Positions 1 through 12,300 of a stretch of 38,587 nt of DNA are shown in pieces. Each line of letters starts with the position of its first letter. Within the stretch, counting starts at the first letter, position 1. The notes under the pieces were generated by a model. The model had not been told where the DNA came from, did no database searches, and worked only from the letters and a program-made list of their open reading frames with translations. A program made the translations under genes and the position numbers. The stretch comes from Basidioascus undulatus (taxonomy: Eukaryota): the NCBI GenBank assembly GCA_000826855.1, contig JTLS01000041.1:1-38587 (forward strand), given 5' to 3'.

Positions 1-1973
1 GGGAGGTGGCGGGGCAGGAGGAGGAATATCGCCGGTGTCGATGTGAACGATGTTGCCGCCGAGCTCGGGGTCGCCGACCTCATCTTCGCGCAGACGCCGC
101 ACAGCGACCGTCACGCCCGCTTGTACGCGCGTGCCGGCGAGCTCGCGCTCAAACATCTCGACGACCTGCGCGCCGTCGCCCTCCTCCACCGACTCTCTGT
201 ACCCAACGCGCATGCGGCCCATCCGCGCGCGCACGTTAAACTCCTCCAGCAACCGCCGGAACGAAATCTCGAGGTGGAGCTCCCCCAGGCCGCTCAGGAG
301 CGTCTGGCCCTCGCCCCCGGCGGCCGCAGCGTCGTTCGGCTCGGTGAGGACGAGGGACGGGTCGGTACGGAGCAAGGAGCGGAGCGCGAGCGCGACGGGC
401 TTCTCGTCCGCGAGGGACTCGGGCTCAATCGCGACGCTGAAGACGGGCGGGGGGATCGTAATGTTCTTGAGCTTGAGCGGCGCGGGCGGGTTTCGGCGCG
501 GGTCGGACGCCGAGAGGAGCGTGTCGCCCGTGCGCGTGTCTTTGAGCCCGAGCAGGACGCCAATGTGCCCTGCGGGGAGCGCGGGCACCTCGACAGACCG
601 CTCGCCCGACATGAGCATCAGCTTCGAGATGCGCTCGCGCACGCCGGTGGACGTGTTGTGCAGCGTCGTAGTCCGACTCAGCGTCCCTGTAAGAGAAAGG
701 ATTGCACGTCAACCGGTGCCAAGGGGCTGTACTATTTTGACATCACAGCCTTACCGGAATACACCCGCACCCAGGTCATCCAGCCTTTCCGCGCGTCCCA
801 AACGACTTTGAACGCAAGCGCGACGCAGCCCTCGTCCGTCATCGGAACGATCTCTCCGTTCTGCCCGACAGCAGGTGCGATCTCTGTCGGGTTGGGAAGG
901 TAGTCGACGACTGCGTCGAGCAGGGGCGCGACGCCGACGCCCTTGAGCGCCGAGCCGCACAGAACGGGGAGCACGCGGCCCTCGTGCGTCAGTCGTCTGA
1001 GCGACGCGCGAAGCGTGTCGGCTGAAAGATCGATGTGCGGGTTCTCGCCCTCGAGAGCGAAGAATTCCTCGACGAGGACTTCGTCCAGGGACGAGAGGGT
1101 CTCTACGAGGGCCGTGCGCGCCTTGTGCGCCTCGGGGACCCACTCGGGGGGCATGGCGGAGACTTCAGGCGGTGCGGCGGAGGGGAACGGGAAGGTGAGG
1201 TAGGTGAGGTCGACGAGGTCGATCAGGCCAGAGATACCGTCCCCTGAGGGGTGCGGGACGGGGAGCTGCAGCGCTAGGGGAGCGGGGTGCAGCTTCTGCA
1301 GTGTTGACTGCAGAGAACGTGCGAAGGACGCTCCCGGCCGATCGAGTTTGTTGACGAAGAGGAGAAGCGGGGAGAGGTTGTACCTGTGCATGATTGAGGA
1401 TCGCAGTCGTAAGTAATCGTCGCTTTGGAACGAGGCGCGAGGAAACGCCGCGCACCGCTTGGCCTGTCTCCAAATGCCCTCCGTCTGCGCCTCGACGCCC
1501 TCCACCCCATCCAGGACCACCACCCCTCCATCTAGGACCCTCACCGCCCTCTCAACCTCCACCGCAAAATCCACATGGCCCGGCGTATCGATCAGATTGA
1601 TGCGCGTATCCTTCCACACGAGCGGCACGCTCGCGCTCTGGATCGTGATCCCGCGCTCTCGCTCGGCGGGGAGGAAGTCCGTTTGCGTCGTCCCCTCGTC
1701 AACCGATCCGGGCCCGCGCGGGAGCAGACCGGAGAGATGGAGGAGCGACTCGGTGAGCGTCGTTTTGCCCCCGTCGATGTGCGCCATGATGCCGATGTTG
1801 CGCAGGAGGGTGGGAGGAGGGAAGGCGCTCGGGTCGGGGACGGAGAAGCGTGCGGGAGAGGTGGAAAGTCGACGATAATTAGCGGAAGCATGGCGGGCGA
1901 CGACGAGCGGGGAGAGCCGAGAATGTCGTGTGGACTGCCGCAAAAGTGGGCAGCTCCGGAGGCGAGTCGCCAT
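1..1973 (-). CDS. MEF2: Mitochondrial ribosome-releasing factor 2 (EF-G2/RRF2mt), spliced; 3' end lies outside the window
   Basis: Arg/Ser-rich mitochondrial presequence; translational GTPase motifs RNIGIMAHIDGGKTT, ERERGITIQSA, INLIDTPGHVDF, NKLD, GSAL. After an intron (~752-687) the frame continues with EF-G domains II/III (PPPVFSVAIEPES, LLRTDPSL, GQTLLSGLGELHLEI). Confidence 0.9.
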
Positions 1974-2642
1974 GGCTCAGCGTCGCGAGGCCTGCATGAA
2001 AGAAATTCAGCAAGTTCTGAAATCGATCGAGTTGAAATGACCACCCACAGAACCGCCGGCGGTCTCTGCAGTTCTACGAAACGACAGCGAAGACGAGAGC
2101 TCGCGAAAAAGCTTGGTCGAAATCGGCGCAAGTGCTGCCGCGGCAAACTGGCAAGTGGTGCCCAGCGAAACGAATCCCAGGTCAGCGACCGAATTCAATT
2201 GGTAAGGTTAGTACATGAGAGTGCGAACTTTGAAAGAAGTGAAATGTGTAATGAAAGTAGGTGTGAGAGGGAAGTGAGAAGGCAGGCACGGAAGGACATG
2301 AGGGCCGGCATTGGCTCGCTTGGAACAGCAAACAGCAACGCGGTTCGAAACCGTTACACTCACCTTTGACGTTCTCAACTTCGTCTCACAAAGAAACGTT
2401 TCCAAAAGCAGAACAAGGCAGGCAAAGGCAAACCACGATAGTCCTTCCATTCGATGTATTGCATTTCATAGCATCACTACTGATGTGTGCGGGATGGTGG
2501 AATAGTACAAGATGCTCGACTGATGAGGGAGATACTGCAGGCTACATAGACACAGGATTTAAGCTGGAAATCAAAAATTAAACGCGAGAAACGGGCTGCC
2601 CTCCATAAAGATGGGAGCTTGCGATGATCCCCTTCCTTCCGC

Positions 2643-4841
2643 TCACTTAGACGACGAAGTGGCGTTGTTGAAGATGAGAAGGTTAGGGCTCTCGACGCCG
2701 ACGTCGGAGAGGACGCCGCGGTTGGAGAGCTCGATGAGCGTCTTCTTGAGGATGGCGGGGGAGATGGGGCCGGGCGCGGGCGCGGAGAGCGCCTGCTTGG
2801 GCGAAGGGAAGTAGGACGAGAGCCAGCCGGGCAGGACGGCATCGAGGCCGCGGAGCGTGGACTGGACGGCGAAGATCGGGAAGGACTCGACGAGCTTGCG
2901 CGAGGTTGGGATCGGCTCGAGCGTCGTCAGGTCGAGCTTGGAGCCGTGCAGCGAGAGAAGGTAGGCGAGGACACCGGCTGGCGAGGCGAAAAGTAGTTGT
3001 CAGGACATGGATGAGGGGATGCAGGAAGTAGAAGTAACGTACCGGTGTGGGGCGAGGCCATCGAAGTGCCAGAGATGGTGTTGGTGCTGTAGTTGCCTGG
3101 GGACAGGGAGGCATGTTAGCCCCAGATACCACAACGCTACCGGAATCAAAGACGCACCAGTGTTCCAGGTGGAGAGGATGTTGAGACCGGGGGCGAAGAC
3201 ATCAACGCACTTGCCCCAGTTGCTGATTCGGGGAATAAAACGACAGTCAGCGGCTGACTCGCTATGCGGGCTGGGCAAACGGCAACAGTTACACACCTGA
3301 AGTAAGCCCGCTCGTCCCACACGGTGGAAGCGCCGACGGTGACCGCCTTGTCGGCAGCAGCAGGAGAGTAGTTGCACGCGTCCTTGTTGTCGTTGCCAGC
3401 CGCAACAGCCTGCACACGATCACAGACCACGCCAGACAATCGGCGACACGCTCTTACAACGATGCTCGGGGGAAAAGCAAAGACGCACGAAGTGCAGGCC
3501 AGACTCGACGGCGCGGTTGACGGCGCGGTCGAGCGCGGGGCTCTTGCCACCACCGAGGGACATGTTCGCGACGGAGCCCTTGTGCGCCGTCTTACCGTTG
3601 GTGGCGACCTCGGCCTCGGCGGCCTTGGCCTTCTTGAGCGCCTGCTCCGCGGCCCAGACGACGCCAGAGACAACGTCCGACATGGTGCCCGAGCCGTTCG
3701 TGCCAAGGACCTGTGCACGAAGACGTGAGCATGCGGAGACACAAGCACAATGTGGACGATGTCGCGAACCTTCACAGCGTAGAGCTCAGCCTTCTTCGCG
3801 ACACCGTACTTGCGGGAACCGATAGTGCCCTGGAAGGCAACGGAGGCATCAGCACCACGCGGGCGCAGGCGGGGAAGAAGAGCGGAGCTCACCGCAACGT
3901 GCGTGCCGTGGCCGTTGCCGTCAATGTCCTGGTCGTTCTGGGGAATGGTCTTACCCCAGTGGGCGCGGCCCTCAAACTCGACGTGGTTGACGTTGATGCC
4001 GGTGTCGATGATGTACGCGTCGACGCCCTCACCGCCTTCGGTGTTGTAGACGTACTTCTGGAACGTGCTCAAGGAGAGGGGGTCCCTGTGGGAGATGCGG
4101 GCAAGACCCTGTCGTCGACAAGCAGCGATTTAATAATCAGTGCCTGATCAGGAAGAGTAAGGCACGCGCGGAAGCAGCTTACCCAAGGCGCGTTCTTCTG
4201 CGTCGTCACATCGGCGGCCTCGATGTGCTCGTCGTCCTCGACGCCGCGCGGGACGTCCTGCGTCCACACGAGGCTGTCGCGCTCGACGTACTCGACCTCG
4301 GGCTGGGCGCGGATGGCGTCGAGCGTGTGCTCGTCGATGCCGTGCACGCTGTAGCCGTTGAAGCCGCGCTCGCCCGCGTGCGCGACGAGGTTATAGATGT
4401 GCCCGAAGCGCGCCGGGATCGAGGAGCGCTTGCGCGAGGACGACTCGGAAACGGAGCGGCGAGCGAAGGAGTGGTGCGACGAGGCTGGAGATGGGGGAAA
4501 TGGTCAGTGGGTTGGTCTGGGACTGGTGGGGTGCGCGTAGGCGTGGAGCTAAGGGCGGACTATGCGTTCCAGCATTGTAATATTTCGTCACAGCACGATA
4601 TCTCAACAGAGGATGTCGCTGATACACCGCGACTGAAACTCGAGGTGCACGACGATCGAGGACGCCACTCACTCTCAGCCAAGTCGACACCGTCCCTCAA
4701 GACGACGATGTACGAGTCCTTGACGCGCTCGTCGGCGGCTTCAGAGTGGACGTCGCCATGCACGGGTGCGAGGACCTGGGTACGGAGAGGCGACGCGGCG
4801 GCGAGGCCGACAAGCGCGAGGGCAGGGAGGAGATGCTTCAT
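2643..4841 (-). CDS. PRB1: Vacuolar subtilisin-like serine protease (S8, cerevisin/proteinase B type) with signal peptide and I9 propeptide, multi-exon
   Basis: Signal peptide MKHLLPALALVGLAAASP; I9 propeptide (SYIVVL, VEYVERDS); catalytic triad motifs IIDTG, NGHGTHVA and TISGTSMASPH; AAGNDNKDACNYSPA; ends LLIFNNATSSSK-stop. Confidence 0.92.
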
Positions 4842-6014
4842 GATGAGCTCGGCGGGAGATCGGTCGTCGTCGTCGTCGTCGCTCGGTCGTCACTTGGCTC
4901 CGTTGCACAACTACGAGGGAGAAGGGAGGGGGGAATAAAAAGGGAAAGGGAGACTAGGAGGGGGTGGGTGTATGCGCGGGGAGATGGATGCTGTGGGTGT
5001 GGGTAATGGTAAGAAGGAGAGAGAGGGGGTCGGGTTGAGTTGAGTTGAGGAGAGGGGTCGGACGACTCACGAGCGATGACGCGGCGCGCTCGTGCTTATC
5101 AGCCAAGCGGAGTCACGCGGAAGCCTATTAATGTTCGCTACAGTCTCTACTAGCAATTCCTATACTACGCTGCTCGCCGCACCCCATCCGGCTTGAAGCA
5201 CATCTCTGTCGCATCCGGAGCGGTCGCTGCTGCTTCAAGCCACTTCTGTGCATCGAAATCGACGGTAAAGAGCTACATAATGCCACCCAACGATGTACCT
5301 TGCTGAGATAGCCTTCGATGATCAAAGCAAGAGCATCAAACACCTTCGGCAAGCTTCGGACCGGCGCACCGGACTCCAGCCCCTTATCTGGGAGCTGATC
5401 GTCGTGTGTCGCTCGTTCGCGCTGGTCGTTATCAAGGAGCTGTACAGTTGACCAAACACACTTCTTGTATCCTGGCGCATCTTGGGTCACGCAACTGACT
5501 GAAATCGAGGCCTCAACCAAGCCGTTCCCGGCTCGTGCTTTGAAACGAACCCGCCCAGCATCTTGCACGAGTGTCATGCGTCGTTTCAATGCAGATCTAT
5601 TAGGTTTTGGATGGAGCAATGATGGACCATGGACCACTAGGTCCTAGGTAATAACATAAACAAATGTCTCTTTGTGGACATACCGCTGTCTGAGCTGTAA
5701 GCAAGAACTGACCGTAGCTTCAGCCTGGTCGCTCCGCTCAGTCTTCCTTGGTCCTGAAAGGTTAGCGGCACTTACCCATACTACATACATCCGGGGAATA
5801 CACCAGACAATCGGAAATCTTGCATTTTGTATGTGCATGAGCGCCGCCGGGGCGTCGAAAGGACCACCTCGCAAGCCTACACGTCGCTGGCGCGGTTCCG
5901 GAAGACTGAAACCATAGGCCTCCAATAAGCTTCACTGAGCTTGAAGTTAGGTAGTATACTCTTCAATATTCTGGCAGCATGAGAGGCTTCAACTGTCCCA
6001 GTGCCATCTCTGCT

Positions 6015-6486
6015 GGAGCGAGATGTCCGCGCCATTGCAACCGAGCGTCGTCAGATGCAGCCTCCGATTGCATTCAACAACTTTACGAAGCTGAGAGCTG
6101 TCTGTCGGGTAGCGACAGTGGGCACCATCATGTCAGCTGGTGCCTAGAAAGCAAGCCAGATAAGCAGGGTGCTTACTGCTACAGAACTTGCGCGGAATGC
6201 GCTCCGAGACGGGGCTCTTGTACTGGTCCGAGTAGGGCTGCACTGTGGAACCCGGGAAGTGGATGAGAAGCATGATTCGAAGCGACCCAGCTGCCAGGAA
6301 ACTGGACAGACGTGCAGGTGGTCACGTTCGTGCCGCCGAAGTTGATAGATTTCACACTGGGAAGGAAAAGAGTTACTCAGATTGGTTTGCGAGATGAAAG
6401 GAGGTGGTACAAGCACATACACCGTGAGCGGCAACTTGGGTCGCGTCGAGGATCGCGAGAGCAGCGGCGGCGGTGAGGCGGAGCAT
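6015..6486 (-). pseudogene. AA9 LPMO, 5' half (signal peptide, His1 and N-terminal exons), inverted relative to the rest of the gene
   Basis: ATG at 6486 gives MLRLTAAAALAILDATQVAA|HG, i.e. His as first mature residue. GT-AG introns separate exons VKSINFGGTNVTT (from 6356), QPYSDQYKSPVSERIPRKF (6242-6177) and a decayed NGP-type exon (6101-6087). Exon 1 and exon 2 phases do not match. Confidence 0.8.
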
Positions 6487-6634
6487 GGCGGCGTGTGAAA
6501 TGAAGGTGAAGTCGAATGAATGGAAAGTGAGTAGAATTGGTTGCCCGAACCAGTCAAGTACTTGAAGGAGATGAAGTGGAAGCTGAAGACGAGGGGAATG
6601 AAGACTGAGGACGACTGCCAACATGGCAGTCGCC

Positions 6635-6640
6635 TTTATA
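6635..6640 (-). promoter_or_regulatory. Putative TATA box of the LPMO gene
   Basis: TATAAA on the minus strand about 150 nt upstream of the ATG at 6486, followed by a pyrimidine-rich leader. Confidence 0.45.
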
Positions 6641-6936
6641 CGCCTCCTGCCAACACCGTAGCTTGTTGAATATGAGCCCAGGGGAGCCTCAGTTTATGAG
6701 GCAAGGACCCAAATGACCTGAAATGACGTGGTGTACCTTGCCGAAGATGTGCGGGGCTGGACCTGACAATGCACGAAAATGGCTACATGTCGTCCAGGAG
6801 AAAGGCAGGCTGCGAGCGTGCCGCTGTTGCGCGGCTGTATTATGGGAACACTCGCTCTGGAGCTGTTTTCTTTCGCCACTCTGCGGAACAGTAGTAAAAT
6901 AGAAGCTTCATATAAAGAAGGGACGGCAGGATCGTC

Positions 6937-8462
6937 GCCGACATCACACTCCGCTGCATCGAATACAAGGACGTGGCGGACTCAACCAGCCCGCCCCCAT
7001 CGCCGCCAACGTGACCGCCGGAGATGAGGCTACGTTCTACGTGCGTGACCACTCTTGAGTGACTTTACCTCAGCTCTGCTGAACTTCGATTGTCTACGTC
7101 TGCAGTGCACGTATGTTGCCATTTTGAGATTCTGCAGTACGTTGTGCTAACGATGGACTATTCAGCGACTGGCCATCCTCGCACAAGGTGAATATCGAGC
7201 TTTTCACCTCCACAACATCAGGTAGCCTGTGACTCGCAACCATCTGGCTACAGGGTCCTGTCATCACCTACATGGCCAAGTGTGACGACGACGACTTCAC
7301 CAGCTTTGCAGTAAACGAGTCGGGTAAGCAGGCCACTGAATGGAGATATAAATTTACAGCACTCCACGCCTGAACGGGCTCCTCACCAAAGAGTGGCGTG
7401 CAGGCTGGCTACCTCTCGAATACAACGGCTGGGCGACGGACTTGCTGATCGCCAATGGGAACAGTTCGTATTCTATTTTCTGGGTTATTTCGACAGTGAG
7501 CTTACGCAGTTCTTCACAGGCTGGACGATCAAGCTGCCGTCCGACCTGACTGACGGCCAGTACATCATCCGGTGCGCTATCCCTTCCCACTCGACGCACT
7601 TCAGTGCTTCCCTTACACCATTAGTTTACAGGCACGAAATCATTGCCCTTCACCAGGCCTCTTCCAAGGGCGGTGCGGAGTTCTGTGAGTAATTGGATCA
7701 GGGAAGACCTTGGCTCGCTTCTTTTCCCAGAAACTCACTCACCCGCTTCATTCGCAACACCCCCATGCCAACAGGTTCAGATTAGCGGCGGTAGCGGCAG
7801 TGCCCCTCCTTCGGAAATTGGGTGTCTGTGACCTTGTCGCGTTTGATTATAGTATCTGCAGCCTCGCTGACCCACCTGCAAAAGGTGGCATTCCCTGGTG
7901 CATACGGCGAAGAAGACGCCGGCATTCTGTTCAACCTGTCAGCAGCGTTGATCCCACCTGGACTTGAAGAAACTCACTGATGCGTTCCATTTACCCTCAG
8001 CTATTCTGGTGGTGACATGTGCGGCTACAAGATTCGTAAGTTCTCAAACGATTGGACTTCGCGGTCCGCAATGCTTCTGACCCACCTTTTACAGCCGGTC
8101 CCTCCGTCTACGAGTCCCTCGAGGACAGCGCGAGCCAGTAAAAGTCCGGAGACTCCGGTTCCAACAGCACCGTGCCGGCGACGTCCGGCTCGGCTTCATC
8201 TGGGGCTCGTCTTCTACGTCTGACGACGTCCGCCGCTTCCGCAACCGCCTCCTCGCATGCCCGCACCGGCGCAGCATCGTCCGCCGCCACGACCGCCACC
8301 CTGGGGGGCACCTCGTTAGGCTCTTCTTCTGGCACTTCGGAAGGCGACGCATCCTCCACCGCCTCTTCGACCGCGGCCTCCCCCGTTGCGACCTCCGCGG
8401 ACAGGTCCTCGCGGTGCAAGCGTTCTGGCACGATTGGCCGCCGTCTCCGTTCCAACGCTTGA
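6937..8462 (+). pseudogene. AA9 LPMO, 3' half with Ser/Thr/Ala-rich C-terminal extension; disrupted
   Basis: Exons encode GGLNQPAPIAANVTAGDEATFY, a 5-nt micro-exon (7106-7110), DWPSSHK, GPVITYMAKC, WATDLLIANGN, WTIKLPSDLTDGQYIIRHEIIALHQASSKGGAEF, CQQVQISGGSG, VAFPGAY and YKIPGPSVY. Lesions: frameshift ~7410-7420, no AG acceptor ~7755, in-frame TAA at 8139-8141. Confidence 0.88.
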
Positions 8463-9363
8463 GCTAGAAGTTGTTGTTACTTGGGGCTTAGCCCATTTCC
8501 ACTTCTCTCTATTCTCGAACCCCTGAAGCGGCCCGTCGCCACCCACGTTTTCTTTCCTGTAATTCAGGACCACCTCGGGTAGCAGCATTCATACCTGTCT
8601 GTGGACTTGTCTCCGTGCCTTTGAAAGTAGCTTCAAAATTCGTCAAGTCCTACAGGGATGCTTTAAGCGGCTTCCAAAATTTTGACTTCCAGTCCCACAT
8701 TGACTGTCGGCGAGGGCGAGCTGTCGCTGCAGGGGGCAGGCCCTCTGCTGTGTACCATGGGAAAGCGCAAAGGCGAGCATCGAGTAGTGGATGGGTCGGT
8801 CCCATTTCGTTTTGAAAAGAATCACACTTGTTGAGCACTATTGATAGGACTTCCATGATGCGGAGCGCCTTCCGCCGTACCTTCCTCTGCCCGTCAGCTT
8901 CCCCTCAACACGCGGAAGGGAGTTTAGAGCGGCCAGCGATTCGGCAGGAGGTTGAGTGGAATCTTCAGCCTGAGCCCATGTTAAAATAGCTGGAATATTC
9001 TCAATGATTTCGCTCGCGAACGCGAGAGTCACTTCGCCGTTCGGCTGTAGCAAGAGTCCCGGCAGTCTATCCTTCAAGGCAGCCAAACTCTGCCGGATTG
9101 CGCTCGGCCTTATGGCATCCAGGTCACAATACTGAGAAGATCCCTCTGAACATACAGGATGAGTTTCGAGAAACGGCATTATGGAGTACGACCACGGCGG
9201 CGAGCAATGCGAATTGGGTACAGGTGCTACATGGGAGACAAGCGGTGCGGAAAGCGACCTGGATTACGGTCTCTAAGCAATAGTCTTCTGGATTACGAGA
9301 GATGTAAGCACTGGCTCAAAGTTGTTGAGGCTGAGAAAATTGTCGTACTATAAAAGCCAAGCA

Positions 9364-12300
9364 CTAAACCAACGATGCCGCCCCAGCGCTGCGGGACGCA
9401 GTAGCCGGCGGAGGGGCCTTCGGCTTCAGCGAGACGGTATACGTGAGCTTGTTTGTGAAGAGCTGCAGGAACTGGACGTGAAGTAGCGGAATAATGCCGA
9501 ACACGATGCCAGCTGGGAAGAACAAATAGCTGCGAAGGCAACTTGTCAGCTTGACCTACAACGGGTGAATGCACATAGGCCGACGCACTCTATCAAGGCG
9601 GTCGGGAACGGTCGGTAAGAGCGCTCAGAGGGCTGCTGGCCGAGGTGGGATGGCTCCTGGGCCGTCGACCCCTCGAGACGGAGCGTCCAACGCGTGAGGG
9701 ATGTCGCGCGATGGTATGCATCATAGGCTGTGCGAGCGACAGAAACACTGAGCAAGGTGAAGTGAAGTGAGAACAGAAGACCAACGCACAGATGCACATG
9801 ACCAAAGTCAGATAAAAGCTCGCCGGCCCCATGTAACGGGCAGTGTGGATCGCCCAGGTAGCCAGCAGGCCAGCCACAACCTCAGGGCCCCGGAGGAATG
9901 GAAGAAGAGGCTTCGCAGGCACGATCTCGCCCGACGCCAGCGTCGTTGCGGGAGGGAATAGAGTGAGCATGGTAAGGAGAATGAACATGTTCCTGCGGCC
10001 AGTAGTCAAGCGCAGGGCCGTCAGTCCAGTATTCCTAGGTCAAGTGTGTGGGCTTGTATTGGAACTTACCCCATAAGCATGTGGGCCTCGTACAGCCTCG
10101 CGAAGACCGAAAGGAACGGGGTGATGAGGATCTTGGCCTCCTGCGGAGCGTCCGGGTGGTTTGCTACCTCGTGAGGCCCGGCCGCAGACCCGCCCAATCC
10201 GAGCCAGGAGCTCTCGCGGCTCATTGTGGTCGGCTTCAGCTCCGGCGACCCGGACGGGCTGCTGTACACGGATGTGGCGGGGGAGTCGAGGGGCGGCGAG
10301 ACCCTGCCGGACGGCGAACCGAGCTCGAATTCGGAGAGCGAGGAGCTCTCAGAGAATGGCGTGGACAACACCGAGGGCGTAGACAGTGTCGAAGGCGCAG
10401 GGCTGAGATCCGATAGCTGGAAGGTACCGGGATCGATGACGGGAACCGAGATGTGGCGTTGGTGCAAGTGCGAGCGGGTGGACGGGGGCGGGTGCTGCAT
10501 GGCGGATGCCGAAAGCGGCTGGGAGGACAAGGAAGGGCGCGAGAGCAGGTGGTCTTCTTCGGGAAGCTTAATTGCGCCTGGGCCGAACTCGCCCAGAAGC
10601 AGGCGACGGTAAGAGTACCCGGTGTCGACTATGAGGTACATCGGGGAATGGAAACAAGACTCAGTCCCGAAGGTTCTGACGTTGCCGAGCGACAAGAGAA
10701 GGTCACGCACGGCAGCCCCACATATGGCGAACGGCCTGAACGTAACGCGCTTTGTGGTCGTTGAGGAACCCGCGAATACCTCCACGCTCGCCTCCGACGA
10801 CGTTGAGTTGAGATGCTGAAGAGTTTAGGGGGTGAGCACACAAGCTACAAGACTGGAGGCGCTGGTGACCGACTTACCAGGCGAATAGATCGTCTCACAG
10901 ATGAGATGACCCCGCGTACCGAAAAGGCATCTGAAGGCGGAGAATATCTCGAGTAAGTAACGGACCTCAAAGTTGATGTAGGCGTTACACAATGACCTGG
11001 AGTACGTACTTCAAAGACATGTGCATCTGCGAAAAGTTGAGGAACGTCAGCTCAGAGTTCACCCTTGAGTAGAGAAGATCATGGAACTCACGTCCTCGCC
11101 GATAGCCTCGGGACCCGCGTCCCAAAATCCGACCTGCATCGCAAGCATCATCGAGACGCTATATGCCGACGTCGGGATTTTCGTCGAAGAGCCCGGGAAG
11201 ATCGAGGACAGACCAGCCCTGCACAAGTAAGAGGAACGGATTCAGCCGGCTCTGTAACAGTATCCGCGAACATGTACAGTACATACTTACAGCGACCACA
11301 GAATATCAGTCACCCGTACCGAAACGGGCACGGTGTGCGCATTGCGGTCAAAGCAGATGGGCGCGGCAAACATCATCCTCGTGCTGGGTGTCGAAGATAT
11401 AAACCACCTTTGTGTCACTCGTTGGAACTCGAGGTTGCACAGGGAAACGTACCGCTGCTCCGGAGTTGCGAGGGCGAACTTGCATGCAACAGAGGCGAAA
11501 TAGTCGGCGGCAAAGCAGGCTGTAGATACCATCACGTTAGGGACGGGCCAAGCAGAATAGAGAGGAGTAATTTTTGGAAGACACGCACTGTCGCTATCCA
11601 TGACGGTAATAACCATTCGCCCAAGACGGCTAGGGTCTTCCCTGGCGTGTCTCATGGCCGAAGTGCGACTGGCCCAAGCGAGGTTGCTGCTTTTGCCAGC
11701 CGACTCGCCCTGAAGGTCTGGAATGCGAATTGTGTAAATTGTCAGTGTTATTGAAGACTTTACATAGGTGTCGCTGGTGAAGAGCAAAACAGAAAAACTC
11801 AACTGGGCGGGTGGAGGGTATAGCTGATGTCGAGAAAGAGCGGAGCATAGCTGGACATCAGCGTGCGAGCTTTTGCAACGGCCGTCTGCTCGCGCTCCTC
11901 CATTGCCAAGACAATGCGGTACGAGGTGCGGGCCAGCGAATGCGAAGCGAGCACGTCCAGGGTGTCGGACAGTGTAGAAAGGTCTTCGGCGTAGCTATTT
12001 CCATGCGTCGTCAGTGTCCATTCGCAACGAGACGCTCCCAACTGCAGCAAGGCTATTCTCACTTCGGGATGAGAATCACATGCTCGACCTGTTCGATCAG
12101 AGAACACAAAAGTATTAGGGGATCATCATTCCAGCAAAATACGAAAAGGGGGCGGCTGTGGACTGACAGATTCGAAATCAAGCACGTCTTCGACGCCTTC
12201 AACGCCCTCCTGAAGCCGCCTTTTCTCCCTCCCCTTCACCCACTCTCTCCGCCAATCGGTAGATGCGTGAGAAAGGACTCCGTCCCATGCTTTTAGAGCT

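Noticed and set aside
43..903. Long plus-strand ORFs (and similar ones opposite PRB1, SCH9, the GT2 gene and YRB1)
   Set aside because: They are antisense shadows of GC-rich exons of the real genes and contain no recognisable motifs.
12097..12129. C-box ATGATGA and D-box CTGA inside GT2 intron 1 (minus strand)
   Set aside because: The boxes are only about 22 nt apart, too short for a C/D snoRNA.
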